A stretch of DNA of 63,755 nucleotides, filler included, from Octopus bimaculoides (Eukaryota), in assembly GCF_001194135.2 (NCBI RefSeq). It is 8 parts of 7 records of this genome, joined end to end, with 100 filler letters (N's around TTAATTAATTAA, not from the genome) between each part and the next. Parts side by side here need not be neighbours in the genome. Positions count along the whole stretch, not along the records: positions 8,696 to 14,304 come from NC_068985.1; positions 14,405 to 17,642 come from NC_068986.1; positions 17,743 to 30,314 come from NC_068982.1; 5 more parts are not named here. One strand, written 5' to 3'. A program made the translations under genes and the position numbers. This document shows positions 10,836 to 25,000 of the stretch, in pieces. The first letter of the stretch is position 1. Every line of letters begins with the position of its first letter. The notes under the pieces were generated by a model. It did not search any database, was not told where the DNA came from, and was given only the letters and a program-made list of their open reading frames with translations.

Positions 10836-11917
10836 TTTCCTTGTTTAAATCATCGTTTCAGCTGTAGGAACAAGTCCTGAATTTCAGTGTTCAACCGTCC
10901 TTTATTTTATCGACTACGAAAGTATGTGAGACAAATTCGTACTTAATTTATCGACCCTTAAGGTCCCTAAGGAACTTAAGCTTGAGATAAAAAATCAAAA
11001 GGACGAAATAGTAATGATGATTATGATGATCGTGACGATAATGAGGAGGAGGAAGAGGAGAAGAAGAATGATCATTGAAATAAAAATAATGGTATCTAAT
11101 TTTAGCCCAAGACCAAAAATTTCGAAGAGAACAGGGGCCAGTCGTTACTATTGACATCAGTACTTATCTGGTATTTTATTTAATTTTATCGACCCAGAAA
11201 GAATTGAAAGGAAATTTGACTCAGACAGTATTTTAAACCGGAACGTAAAATGTCAGGCAAAATTCTACATGGAATTTGAACGGCGCTTGAACAATTTTGT
11301 CAACTCGAATAATAAATCTGCCGGTAATACTGGCAGAAGGTAAGTAATTTGTTGAGGAACGTGCAAGGGATAAAATCAATTTAAAAGAATCGAATATAAT
11401 GATTGATAAGTACGATATTGACATCAGGTTGATTGTCTTGTGAAATTGAAACGTTTCCAATAGATCAGAGAGAAGCGGCCATTGTTTATGTATTGTTTCT
11501 GTCAATGTCCACAAAAACAATGTCAGTAAGTGTACAGAATGATTACAAGGATGCTGCTGCTGCTGATGACGACGACGACGACGACAATGATCATGATGAG
11601 GAGGAAGAGGAGGAGCGTTGATGATGATGATTTCATTAAAAATCTCACAGGTGTGGACGCATGTAATGAGAAGTATAAAGTCACTTATACTTATAATAAT
11701 CCTTTCTACTATAAGCACAAGGCCTGGAATTTCGGATGAGGGACCCCAGTATTCAACTGGTACTTATTATATCGATCGTGCAAGGATGAAAGTCACAGTC
11801 AACCGCAGAGGGATTTTAATACCGCCCGGCGCAGTGACGGTTCTGTCAGCTTACCGCTATAATAATAATAATGTTAATAATTACAATAATTAGAATAATA
11901 ATAATAATAATAGCAAT

Positions 11918-12383
11918 AAAATTATATTGAAAGACTGCAGACAAAAATCATGACTCCTCATTGATGTGACTGTCCCAGTCGACGTAAATATATCTGTCAA
12001 GACCTATCAAAAACTAAGCAAGTATAAAGATCTTGAAGGAGAAATTGGCAAAATGTGGAACCTCAAGACTAAAAGAATACCTGTCCTCATAGATACCCTG
12101 GGAATGATAGCAAAAGGGGCTGATTGCTACCTAGCTCAGATACCAGGAAACCCCCAAAATGCAGAAATTCAAAAAATAGTGCTCATGGGAACTGCCCATA
12201 TCCTACGTAAAATACTGTCTATGTGATCTCAAAATTTAAAACATTCTCTGGAACAATGCTTTGTGCAAAACCAAATATATGACACCCTAGGCATAACACC
12301 AATATGAACTTCTAACCTGTTGTCTCTTGAGGTCTCTGGGTGAGACTTGGAGCCAACTTGTACAAATACAAAGCAAAAGTCAA

Positions 12384-12427
<44 letters not shown>
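11918..12427 (+). mobile_element. R4/Dong-type non-LTR retrotransposon, 5'-truncated (REL endonuclease, 3' UTR, (AAT)n tail)
   Basis: LLIDVTVPVDVNISVKTYQKLSKYKDLEGEIGKMWNLKTKRIPVLIDTLG...GTAHILRKILSM* matches the REL endonuclease (D..K..KY.DL) motif. (AAT)n lies on both sides. Confidence 0.85.
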
Positions 12428-13106
12428 NNNNNNNNNNNNNNNNNNNNNNNNNNNNNNNNNNNNNNNNNNNNNNNNNNNNNNNNNNNNNNNNNNNNNNNNN
12501 NNNNNNNNNNNNNNNNNNNNNNNNNNNNNNNNNNNNNNNNNNNNNNNNNNNNNNNNNNNNNNNNNNNNNNNNNNNNNNNNNNNNNNNNNNNNNNNNNNNN
12601 NNNNNNNNNNNNNNNNNNNNNNNNNNNNNNNNNNNNNNNNNNNNNNNNNNNNNNNNNNNNNNNNNNNNNNNNNNNNNNNNNNNNNNNNNNNNNNNNNNNN
12701 NNNNNNNNNNNNNNNNNNNNNNNNNNNNNNNNNNNNNNNNNNNNNNNNNNNNNNNNNNNNNNNNNNNNNNNNNNNNNNNNNNNNNNNNNNNNNNNNNNNN
12801 NNNNNNNNNNNNNNNNNNNNNNNNNNNNNNNNNNNNNNNNNNNNNNNNNNNNNNNNNNNNNNNNNNNNNNNNNNNNNNNNNNNNNNNNNNNNNNNNNNNN
12901 NNNNNNNNNNNNNNNNNNNNNNNNNNNNNNNNNNNNNNNNNNNNNNNNNNNNNNNNNNNNNNNNNNNNNNNNNNNNNNNNNNNNNNNNNNNNNNNNNNNN
13001 NNNNNNNNNNNNNNNNNNNNNNNNNNNNNNNNNNNNNNNNNNNNNNNNNNNNNNNNNNNNNNNNNNNNNNNNNNNNNNNNNNNNNNNNNNNNNNNNNNNN
13101 NNNNNA

Positions 13107-14304
13107 GGGGAATCTTCCAAAGTGACTCATTTCCTCCGTTACTTTTTGTAATTGTACTATTACCCATAACAGTGACACTTACGGAAGTTAAGATGGGTTA
13201 CCGATGTGGGAAGAAAGGCCCACCATTGAACCATCTGCAGTTTATGGATGACCTGAAATTGTTTCGGAAATCTGAAAAACGGATAGATTCCTTAACCAAA
13301 ACAGTCCAGAAGTGTGGTAGGGACATCGGTATGGAATTTGGGATTACCAAATGCTCAGTACTTAATATGGAAAGAGGGAAGAAAGCAGCCTTCAGAGGAT
13401 TGCGGCTACCATCAGGAGAGACCATGGGTGAACCCGACGGTAGTGGGTATAGATATTTAGGGACTGTGGAGCTGAATGATAGTCTACTCAGAGAAATGAA
13501 AGTCAAGGTCAGTGAAGCGTATACAAAGAAAGGCTGAATATGGCGTTGAAATCCAACCTGCATGCCAAACATTTGATTACCGCAATGAATATCTGGGGAG
13601 TTTCAGTGGTCAGATATAATGCATCCATTCTCAAATGAACTAAGGAGGAAATATCAACGCTGGATAGAAGGACGAGAAAGTTGATGACGCTTCATGGGGC
13701 GCTACACCCTAAAGCAAACGTAAACAGACTGTATATGAAAAGAAAGAATGGTGGCAGAGAACAAATTAGAATATACCATTGTATAAGGGGTGAAAGGAGA
13801 AAGCTTGCCGAATATTTGATAAATAGTGATGAAGACCTGCTGCAATATGTCGCGAAAGATATGGGTGTAAATGCAGATGAAACGATGACCAAGGCAGAGT
13901 TTAACCAAAGAGCTGAAGAAAAGAGAAAATAAAACCTTCTTGAAATGAGAATGCAGGGACAGTTTGAAAGGAATACACAAGACGTTAAGGATAATACAGC
14001 ATCGTGGGCATGGCTAGAGTGAGGTGATTTGAAGCGTACCACTGAGAGCCTGATCATTGTGGCACAAGACCAGGCTCTCGCTACCAATTCAGAGAAGTAT
14101 GACATCTATAAAACCTCTGACACACCAGAAATGCAGACTCTGTGGAGAGAGTGTGGAAAATGTGACCCACTTGGTAAGTGGATGTGAGAGCCCTGCACAA
14201 AAAGAATACAAGCGCCGCCACGATAAAGTGTGTGTGTATCTTCATTGGCTCTTATACTGTAAATGCCAATATGAAGTAACAGAGAACTGGTACGAGCATG
14301 TAAC
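13107..14304 (+). mobile_element. R4/Dong-type reverse transcriptase and CCHC zinc knuckle fragment (disrupted)
   Basis: GIFQSDSFPPLLFVI..LNHLQFMDDLKLF..GMEFGITKC (RT motifs), then KCRLCGESVENVTHLVSGC..RRHDKV. Contains stops and frameshifts; bounded by gaps. Confidence 0.9.
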
Positions 14305-14451
14305 NNNNNNNNNNNNNNNNNNNNNNNNNNNNNNNNNNNNNNNNNNNNTTAATTAATTAANNNNNNNNNNNNNNNNNNNNNNNNNNNNNNNNNNNNNNNN
14401 NNNNTATATATATATATAAATATATATATATATAAACTTATATATATATAA

Positions 14452-15525
14452 ACTTAGATATGCTTCGACCAAAGATTGGTCCAGGCCATGTCTAACTTAC
14501 GAGCACGTACTAGTACCACCTGATGGGATTACCTAAATCCTTTTTAAGTCATGTTTCCTTGTTTTATGGTCCATTCAAGTAGTGAGTTCTTACTGAGTGA
14601 GTTGCATCCAGGTATGGGTGGCTTGTCTGGTATTCCTTGACGAAATTTGTCCAGACTCCGTTTAAAGGTGATAGGATCCTTTTCCTCTTTGATCAGTTTG
14701 AGGAAAAGAAATTGTGTTGCAGTGTACCTATATGTTGTGATCCTGAATTGGGCAGGAGACGTATGGCCCGTGGTCCCAGCCTTGGATGAACCTTGAAGCT
14801 AATGTTCAGCTCGTTTGTGCAATGCTGGCCGTATATCTCCAAATCGTGCAAATGATGCACCGCTCGCGGCGGCGCTGGAGAGGGTAGAGCTTCAAGGCTT
14901 TAAAGCGGTCCCAGTAATTGAGATCAGCCATGCTTTTAATTCGTTTAGTGAGTGCCCTCTGGGGTGATTCAATTTTCGAGATGTTTTGTTTTGTATGGGG
15001 AGACCACAGGGGGCGGGGCAGCAGTGTCCGAGGTGTGGCCGTATAAAGGAGGAGAAAAGCGGAATGATGACACTTTGTTCTCTGGACCGGAAGATTCTTA
15101 AGATCCAGGAGCTCATCCTACGAGCTATATCAACCTTATTGTTGATATGGGCACTCCAACTGAGATTGATATCAACAATTTCTCCTAAGTCTCTGATATT
15201 ATTAGATGCTCTGAGCGGTTCCCCTGAAGGAAGAGAGTATGGCTGTTTTAATATAGACTTTCTTCCAAAATGCATTAGCTGAAATTTTCCCTCGTTTAGT
15301 TGCATTTTGTTTTTGTCTGCTCATTGACTCACAGCATATAGAACAGACTGGAGTCGAGTTCGGTCTTCCTTTTATTGATGATTTGCCGGAGCTTACTGTC
15401 ATCAGCAAATATCTTTACTTTGCAGGGATTTACGACGCTGGAAAGGTCGTTAATGTAGATTATAAAGAGGATCGGGCCCAAGACAGTCCCCTGAGGGACA
15501 CCACTGGTGACTTTTGTTGGGCTTG
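14452..15525 (-). mobile_element. CR1/L2-group LINE, 5'-truncated
   Basis: Minus: SGVPQGTVLGPILFIIYINDL..KIFADDSKL..MQLNEGKFQLMHFG..IRDLG..IRPHL. The 3' UTR ends in an AT-rich microsatellite tail. Confidence 0.9.
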
Positions 15526-15977
15526 AGTGGATATATGTATTCTGGGTCTAAAAATATTGGTTGCCAGGAGACTAAGGGGGTCCACACGCAACTACAATGC
15601 ATTTAATCTTTTTTTCTTTTGTTAAAAGTATTTTTTTCAAGTGTCTACAAACACAGCCAGGCTGAAATAATTAATGCATTCTTTCAGGAGTGAATAAAAA
15701 ATTCTCAAACTTGATGGGCCCCTTAGATACTAACATGGGCCCCCATATATGGATTCTAATAGTGTAGGGGCCCACTTGCCATCGGGCAAGCTGGCAACCT
15801 GACCACTCCGCCACTGTATATATATATATATATATATATATATTCATCCACCCCTAGGGGTCAGCCACACTTAAGTGGCAATATACTACACTTTATCGTG
15901 CAGTTACTGTTAATACTTCATTTAGAGAATTAACATTGCTTATATATATTCAGTTTACGAAGTATATATACCATATA

Positions 15978-16023
<46 letters not shown>

Positions 16024-17759
16024 ACACACACACACGTATATTATTATTCAGGTGCCCAATCGACTAAACTACAAATGCCCTTTATCGTCATCAATTTCGA
16101 AACGAATCGATATTTGATCTTTCAAGTTAACAATGATTATCTCAAAGACATTTGACGGAATGTTATATTTAATTCAATTTCAATAACCATCGATTAGAAA
16201 TCGATTATTAAATATCAATCTTTAAAGATTTTATTAAATGAAAATATAAAAGAAGCCAAGAAAGACTTCAATAATATGTTTTTTCCCTGTCTCATTAATT
16301 CTGGTTTATGACGTCACCAGCACCCCAGCAGTTATTTGGTGTGTCTGCTGCCTCGTATTTTATGTTCCACCAATGAAACAACGGAAAGGCTTCTGTGAAA
16401 TAGCAGTCAGATCTCCCTCGTTTCACACTATCATTCCAAAAAAGGAAAGGACACATTGATCAGTGGATTCCTAGATACATTATGTTCAAAAAGATGAGAT
16501 GGAAAAGACAGCTGGAATGCTTTAAATGATTGGTCTCTAGGATCTGTTGACGTGGGAGTCACACAACGACACTACACTAACAACACTGATCTAATATTGT
16601 TTCTGATTAAGGAACAAGGCCAGCAATTTTTAGAAGCGGATATTAGTCGATTACATCGACCTCATTACATGACTGGTATTTTATTTTATCGACTCCCACC
16701 CTCAAAACGATGAAAAGATCAAGCTGACCTCGATAATTAAAAGCGGATGACAAGAACAAACGCGTAAATTACTGCACATGGCTTCCATATAGCATTACTA
16801 ATGCGACACCCATTCCAACACTCGTGAATTTATTTCTGTATTTACAGTATGCCACGGAGCCCGGGCGACCATTTTTTTATACGTCACCCTGTATAAGCTA
16901 GTTATAGCTACTATATTTTAACTGACTGACTTACAGCGAATCTTAAAAACTAATTTTAAATAAGTTCATCTTTCATTCGTTGTTTTCTTTAACAGCAGGA
17001 CATAGTATCGAACTCTGTAAGTTTAAAAAAAAATTTTGTTGTTGTTTTTCGAGTGCAGTAAAAAACAAACAACTTAGAACCCATCATCTAAATATAATTT
17101 GTTTGGTATTAGTATTTCTTGATGAAAAACATTCTGATTGGTTGAATGGTTAGACTGCCGGATACAAATATTTTTTTAGTATTTATTTACTGCCATTTAC
17201 ATCCTGAGGCCAACACTGCTTTTAATGTCTCTGTGGTCGATAAAATAAAATTAGTTGTCAAATACTGATGTCGATGTATTCAACTAACAACATACCTACC
17301 GCAAATTCGAGGTCTTGCATCTATGAAAGGAATCAATATATTTTGCTATATTTTCTTTATGAATTGGTCAGAGAAAAAGGTATTGGAAACGTCCATTTCA
17401 TCTGCTGCTAGTTCTCATAGTTTACTAACCGCGATCTGTTTCGTTGTCTGTTAGAACATATACAGGTCGATGACTGCAGTGATGAAGTAAACAGGAAGGG
17501 AATTTTCGCGGGGTTGTTGCGGTTCGGAGAGGAATGATTGGTGAAAAAGTATTTAGCGTGGAAACCGAGGTTTGTGATACGGTACGGATGAGAAGCAGAA
17601 AAGACAACTGCGGGGTAGGGGTGGCATGTGTGGGAACTATCGNNNNNNNNNNNNNNNNNNNNNNNNNNNNNNNNNNNNNNNNNNNNTTAATTAATTAANN
17701 NNNNNNNNNNNNNNNNNNNNNNNNNNNNNNNNNNNNNNNNNNTGTGTGTTAGCTGCAAT

Positions 17760-19190
17760 GTCACCTCCGGATCCAACACTAATACAGATTGCATTTCAGA
17801 TTTTCTCCCACTGAATGAACCGACGGAGCTCAACCGCTCTAGCAGTAAACTGCAACCATGGAGCATTTAGGAAAACTTGCAAATGTCGGGTTTCTCAACC
17901 ACGCCCTCTTGGAGGCGTCTGTCTACGTCAGAACGTAGTCTACACGTGCCGTGTTATAACACCGCACTCCCACCAGGCAAGAGTATATATCGGCGGCACC
18001 GTAGATTTCAAGCGCCGCTACCGTGCACACATGAATTCTTTTTCTAATGCAAATTCTATATTATCAATCTCTTTAGCAACTTATATACACGACATTAAAT
18101 CTCAAAACATTCCATACACCCTATCCTAGTCCATAGTAAGCGAGGCCCTTCTATGCAATTCAAATATCAACAAGTCTGAGATATGTCTAAAAGAATCATT
18201 AACCATTCTTCGCCTTCATAACTCCTCATTACTTAATAGATTTTCTGGTGTAATTTATTCTTGTAAACATAGGTACGAGTCATCTTTCACGCACTTTGCT
18301 AAATCTATGTAATCCCATAACATAAGTATCCATACCCAAAATAACCTTAAACTAAGACAAAGTCAGCCTAGCAACCTACTACTTAAAAAATACTAACCTC
18401 TCATTCTTTCTCATACACTAATTACCAAATTCTTCTAATCTACTACTTCTCCCTTTCCTTTTAGCTTCCCCACTCTCCCCAACTTGAAAGGTGCTTAACA
18501 CTACTCAACCCCTTTGAAAACTCACCAGTTTACCTCTACCCCTCCCTATACATATCCCTCTATTCAATTTAATACACCTCTTCATACCATAACACACCCC
18601 GCCAATACCAACCCAATTTCTTTGCTCCACCAACATCTAATATTTTGACCACTTACTCAACCCCATTCTATCCCCACCCCTGTCTTCTTTCATACCTCTC
18701 TACATGCCTTACTAATCTCCCTCAGACACTGAACCAATCAACTTATTTCCCTCGAATAATGACCATCCCCATTTTCACAATTTCAACCTTTAACTCTGTA
18801 GTCTTCATACAAACTAACACAAAGGCTGTCATTCACATACTACCTAAACCACCCTTCTTCCACCTTCCACCTTCCACTTCTACCAATATGATTCTCTACT
18901 AGCCTCATTAACAAACCCTAACCCTGAAATTTATTTTCTCCTCTCACTACTCTCTATCTAAATATCTCCCAACTCTTCCTAAAACACTTAATTCTCCACA
19001 AAATCATACCATTTTTAATTTCCCTTCTGTCAACACCTCAGAGGTAAAACTTCTTTCCTGAAGACGGAGCCTGGTATTATTATCCGATGATGAAATCAAT
19101 TTACAATCATTATTTTGGATCACCAAGCCCCCAAGGAACAGCTGTTAGACTCGTAAAACTTTTATTCAACCCCTTTAATTCCTGATATCA
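17760..19190 (+). mobile_element. Penelope-like element: GIY-YIG endonuclease plus long pyrimidine-rich 3' region
   Basis: KTCKCRVSQPRPLGGVCLRQNVVYTCRV..VYIGGTVDFKRRYRAHMNSF..SLATYIHDIKSQNIPYTLS*..EICLKE..LLNR..CKHR: Penelope EN with Cys motif, YIG and catalytic R. Confidence 0.9.
19058..19150 (+). ncRNA. Decayed hammerhead-like motif with long stem II
   Basis: CUGAAGA (19058-19064), C-GGAGC ... GCCCC, then GGAACAGCUGUU (19135-19146) containing palindrome ACAGCTGT. The GAAA is degenerate. Confidence 0.4.
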
Positions 19191-19316
19191 TTTGTATTCT
19201 GTAATAATTACATTTTTATATGTAAACACATGTCATTTTTTGTTTTAAATTTATCTAATATTTATTGTATATTGACTTGCCAAACTTGCTTATCCTCACA
19301 TTTACTCATATATATG

Positions 19317-19380
19317 TATGCATGTATGTATGTATGTATGTATGTATGTATGTATGTATGTATGTATGTATGTATGTATG
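19317..19380. repeat. (TATG)n microsatellite
   Basis: Direct reading. Confidence 0.95.
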
Positions 19381-19439
19381 TTTGTATATATATATGTATG
19401 TGCGTTTGTCTGTGTCTTTATGTGTACATGCTTATATAA

Positions 19440-19650
19440 TTGATTTCAAATTTTGGTACAAGGCCAGCAATTTTGAGGGAGGTGATAAGTCGATTAGATC
19501 GTCACCAGTGTTCAACTGGTATTCATTTCTTATCTACGCCGAAAATATGAAAGGCAAAGTCAGCCTCAGTGGAATTTAAACTCAGAAAGTGAAGACGGAC
19601 GAAATGCCGCTAGGTATTTTGCCCGATGTGCTAACGATTCTGCCTTACGT
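19440..19650 (-). mobile_element. SINE (second family)
   Basis: Conserved atgaaaggcaaagtc..ggaatttaaactcagaa..gaaatgccgctag..ctaacgattctgcc blocks. Confidence 0.75.
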
Positions 19651-21129
19651 GCATATATTATTGTAGATATCTATTGCAACATAACCAGTTCTTGAAAGTG
19701 TAAATTTAAGACTATTTACCACATCTGAGACTAATCTAGTCTACTCCAGAGTTTGTTCTATCTTTGGTTGTCAATAGCTACATCAGTTCTTTGTGTGGGT
19801 GGGTGTATAGGCGCAACTGGATAAGTTTGATGTCAGGTTCCTGTTATTAAACTTGAGTGGATTTATACGCACACCAACGAATACAATCAAACGGGCGTTA
19901 GCATAATTGATGCAGTTAACCAATAAATGTTAATTAATTAAATCTACCTTGTGAGACGTATTAGTCGTTATTTAAACAATCATGGTAAAAACGGACAGAA
20001 TCTAAATTCATTAAGATTAATACGATATGGAATCAAGGAGAAATGTAGAACTTTTGCACTTCGGTAACAATTCCAGACACAGTTTGGTGTTATTGAAATC
20101 AAGTGAAGCAAAAACTAAACTTTAGAGCAATAACTTTAATACCTGATGACTGGTGGTCAAACTTTTGGAACGTAGCGTAGTTGCAAGTATTTGAAAAAAT
20201 TTCAACTCTAAAGAGATGAGATTAATTGCCTGAAAATTCATAATTATATACCCATTTTTTTACTTCTGATTTTTAATCAATTTTCTCGATAAATTGACAA
20301 ATGTAGTCATGGTGAAAAGTCACAGATATGAGTCATGTATGCATATTCATTAGTTACAAGTAATATTAAGCTGAAACATTTCTCATGATCTTGAAATAAT
20401 TATGTTCCACTATTTGCAGAAGGAAACACAGCGGCTGATGAAGAGATTATTCTTAGATAATGTTTTCATTATTAATGAATGCCAGAAACGCTATTCACTT
20501 AAACAATTATCTAGAAAATCGGTAATAAATTTTGGTTAAGAATCTTGAATTTAGCCCATGCAAATATAGTTTACTATTCGTTGCTTGGGCTGAATTTCGA
20601 AGTAAATTGTTAATCGTTAGCGTTAATGCACTTAAAGTTAACACAAAGTAATTATGTGGAGGAATAATATCAAAAGATTAACAGTACTTTAATTATTTCT
20701 TCCAGTATGAGAGACATCTAAGGACATGTTTTGGAACTTATGACCATATCGGTGAAATGTAGTCTCGAACGTACATAGCAAAGTAGTGAAGAGTGAACTA
20801 TTAAGTGATGTACAATAATTGATGCAATAAAATTATTTAGAAAACAAATCATTTAGCATTCACAGTATATTTGCAATCTAGTGGGTCGCATTAAACGCTT
20901 TGCGAAGAGAAAAAAGGACCCAATAACTAACGAATGGCCCTAGTCGTGAATCAAGAAGGCTACACATACTTTTACTCCCAACCACATGGTTCCCGGTTCA
21001 GTTGCACTGTTTGACATCTTCAGCTTCGGTCTGACCTAAGCCTTCGGTGTGGATTCAGTAGAGAGAAACTAAATGAAGCCCGTCGTGTGTGTGTGTGCGC
21101 GCGCGCGTGTATGTGCATGTGTGTGCGTG

Positions 21130-22052
21130 CGTGTGCTGGCGCATTGTCATGGTGAAAAGGACCCCTTGCGTCAGTCTTCCTGGGTGTTAGGTCTTGATAG
21201 CCTGTCATAGTTGGTATAATATTGTCCATTGATGGTATAGCCTATGTCAAGATAGTCAATAAGCACAACGCCTTTCGCATCCCACCAAAATTTGACGCTA
21301 TGAACTGATCTTGGCTTTCTTTGGACTCCAAAATCAGATGAAGAGGGATATACCACTGCATGGATTGCCTTTTTGTCACTGGCTGAAATTGATGAACCCA
21401 ACGCTCATCCTGACGTGGGAAATGTTCAACGAATTCAGCTGGACCTGCCTCGAACAATGTCAGGTGTTCCCGTAATGTGATCAGCCTGGTTCAATTTGGA
21501 TTAAGTGAGTGAAGACGTGGCATTCAGCAAGCAGAAACCTTCGTCATTACAAGTTCATTGAGCAGAATATTCTCAACTCTCTCATGGGTTATGCTAATAG
21601 GCTATTTGATTTTATAGTCAATTTCCTGTCAATTATCATCATGTGAAAAACACGATCAATATCTTCCTCGGTAGTAGCAGTAGCATAAAGTCCAGACCGT
21701 GCACTATTTTCAAGACTCACCCTTCCCCTCCTCAATTCAGCCGACCACTTTTGCACAGTTGATAAAGCTGGAGCGTCATTCTTTAATGTAGCAAGCATGG
21801 TAGCATGAATGACCTTGAGGGCTAAATCTTTGTTTTTTTCTCTACGGGTACTTGTTATCACAACGATACCAAATTTTGTCGATTTTCAAGAGATGTCGCC
21901 ACTAGTTACCTTTGAATTCTTTAATGTCAGTCTACCTGGAATAAAACAATAGTTTTAATAAGAAGTGATGAAATTAATACATGCAAGATTTCATAGCTCA
22001 AGCATCCCTTTTTCATAGTCACCCAGAACCTTTTCGGCCTATCTGCATATTT
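21130..22052 (-). mobile_element. mariner relic (5' TIR through second catalytic D), degenerate
   Basis: DAPALSTVQKWSAELRRGRVSLEN..RSG; DERWVHQFQPVTKRQSMQW; WWDAKGVVLIDYL..TINGQYY; HHDNAPAH. TIR-like sequence near 21990-22050. Confidence 0.85.
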
Positions 22053-25000
22053 AGCAACAACATAAGATTTCAGCATTAAGAATTTATCTAAGCTGCACTG
22101 TACACAACACTCTCATACGATTCCCTCGTCAATTCTTCCATCCGTCTCTCCCTTTATTCCTCACACGCTCCCCTCTTAACACCTCTCAAAATTGTGTCTC
22201 TCTCTGCTCCTACATTCCCCCTTCTCCTTGCTTTCGTCTTCATTCTCATTCTTCCCACTCTAAATCATATTTCTTCCACATCCGACCCTCGTATTCGACT
22301 ACCCAAATATATGTATTTACACCAAGACTGCAACGCAAAGACATGTCGTAAATTTCATATCAATTCAGTTTCTTTCTCAACTAAGATCTATTTTATTTTT
22401 TACATATGAACCACTACTATATTTTCTCAGTTATTCCAGTATTTATTTTCAATCCTTGATTGTTACACCGTTATTTATCTATATGTTCCTAATACTTGTT
22501 CCACGTTCCTAAATTTATATATTGTTATATTTGCCGCTGCCTGTCCAACCCAATTTTTTTTCCTTGTGCTATGTGTGTGTGTGTATAAATGCATAAGCAT
22601 TTGCATATGAAAGTATATATGTGTGTATGTATATAAATATATATACACTCACCTATATATGTATATATATATATATAGATAGATAGATACATACATACAT
22701 ACATGCATACATACATACATACATACATACATACATACATACATACATACCAGTGAAATGTAGACTATATTCATCACAAGTAAATGTTTGCACATACTGT
22801 TTAACCAAATGTCATTATTTAGAGGAAGTATGCTAATTTCTTAGCGTACAGCACGGTGGTGCTCCAGCATGACTGTAGCTGCACGTTAAACGAATGAAAG
22901 AATATAACGGTAGTGCCCCAGCATGACCGCAGCTTTAAAGCTGAAACAATTTAAAGAATATATATATATATATATATTATACATACACACATACACACAC
23001 ACAGACATGAATGTGTGTGTTCGTTTAAAGCAAATTCTTTATAGTCGAGACTTGAAACATAAACAACATCTGCGAAATATTATAGATGTAAATATACTTT
23101 GTTACTCACTTCGCCTCTAAAACCGTTGCAACATATTGTCCTCACATACTTATAAGTTTATTGACTAATCACCACTTGACGAACACCCCTCAGTCTCATA
23201 TATATGTGTGCTCGTGTGCGTTTGATGTGTGTTTGTACTGTTTGTATGTGTGTGTCTGTGACTGTATGCGTGCTTTTGTCTGCATCTATATTTGTGGTTA
23301 TGTTTATAGGTGTACATTTTTTCCTGTGCTATAAAGCAATAATTTCACGAATCAACAAACCCATATCATAAAATTAAATAGCAGATTGATATACGTAAGC
23401 GGTCAGTATGATTTATTAGGCCCCTTTAACTGGTTGCTCTTGGAAATGTGCAGTTCAATGCAAGAAACACGCGAAGATAAAGAAAAACAGAAGGCTTATG
23501 TTCATAGACATCTTCACAAAATATTCAGTGAGAATAAGCAGTTGTCACAAATCGTACATTCTCTGAAAAATTAATTAAGAAAGATGTGATTGATCCTTGA
23601 TTAAATCGTCATTAGCTCGACCTTTGCCAGAATAAGGTAGTGGGAAAGGTTTGTAGTAACCATCTATAATCTCTGATGAAATAGTTGAAGGAAGAGTGTT
23701 GAGTTAATTCTAGATGTAACGCCAGACTGAATAGCAAATGAAAGGGAGAATCGTACATGGGATAGGTTTTATACAAGGTTTTATTTAATAGTAGCGCAGG
23801 CCGTTGTAATATGTATGGGATGACAGAAGTGTTCGGAATAGTACATCTTATAGTTAGTGATTAAAGTATCTTAGCCAGTGTAACGTTTAAAGTAAGCCGA
23901 AACGTATAATTTTGCATGCCTGTTTTTTAGCAATGCCGTGTAAAATATGTATTACTCGGGTATGTTTTCCACATTTCTTTCAGGTAATAATGTAAATATG
24001 AGGTCTTCATGATTAATTCTCTGGGGCTATGGTCTTTATTATTTTATAAATAATTCGAGGGTTATTTTTTTTCGCTCAAAATTGGCCGGGTTCTAAACAT
24101 TGAGAACAACATTGATGGTTGTGCTGATGATTTAATACAAGATTATTGTCATGATATTTTTTTCAGATTATTATGCTGTCCTCATTCAGTTATAACTAAT
24201 ATGCATTAAGGATGAAGCAGCAGAAAACTAGTGAGTATTATTAAGCAAGAAATATTCAATTTAATTAAGTGCGTGAAGATAAAAATTAAATTGAATATCA
24301 ACACCTGAAGGTATACATAATCCAACAAACTATATAAAAATAGAAAGAACATTAAAACTGATACAAGAATTATGCTTCTGCATCTATGTACATACTAATT
24401 GTCGAAATGATGAGATCTTTTTTTAACTTTTGGTATTAACAAGTTAAGAGATAAAATTATCAGGTAAATTATTTCATTTTAATCAATAAAGTTAGTCTAA
24501 GTAACATCAATATAAACTAATTTCGAATTCATATTGTTTCATTCAGCTCCCCAAACCGAACAGCATCCATTAACACCAATTTTATGAGCTGCATATATAT
24601 ATTTCATAAATTGTTCTAGATACAACACTGATTATTTTGAATAAAAGCTAACGAAACAAGTATGTATGTCTCACATAAGATAATTTATTGCTTTGATAAA
24701 CAGTAATATTCTATAAACTTGCATAAGAACTACTATTAAATTATGCTACCCTTCTGTCGTTTGTTGTCGTTTTTGAAGTGTGTTACATTTCAAACATGAA
24801 TATTAAACATATACAACAAAGTAGCACCGAATTAACTGCATTCATTATAACAAATACTACACAGAGTTTAGTTTGTTACAAAGCTATTGAATAAATATTA
24901 AAAAAACTATCTCAGCGGGTTCTGTTTTCTGTTAAGTTACGGAAGACACAATGTCTCTCAAATCTAATATCTACGGTTCCTGTTACTCACAGGTATACTA

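Noticed and set aside
15545-15815. hAT-like MITE (minus-strand end CAGTGGCGG)
   Set aside because: Only one plausible terminus and a 9-bp inverted match; no target duplication.
19780-20180. Possible ancient CR1-like remnant (KC/ELLHFGNN) and a similar hint at 25040-25150 (SSVWN...LKRIQ)
   Set aside because: Only short motif resemblances with frameshifts; needs a profile search to support.
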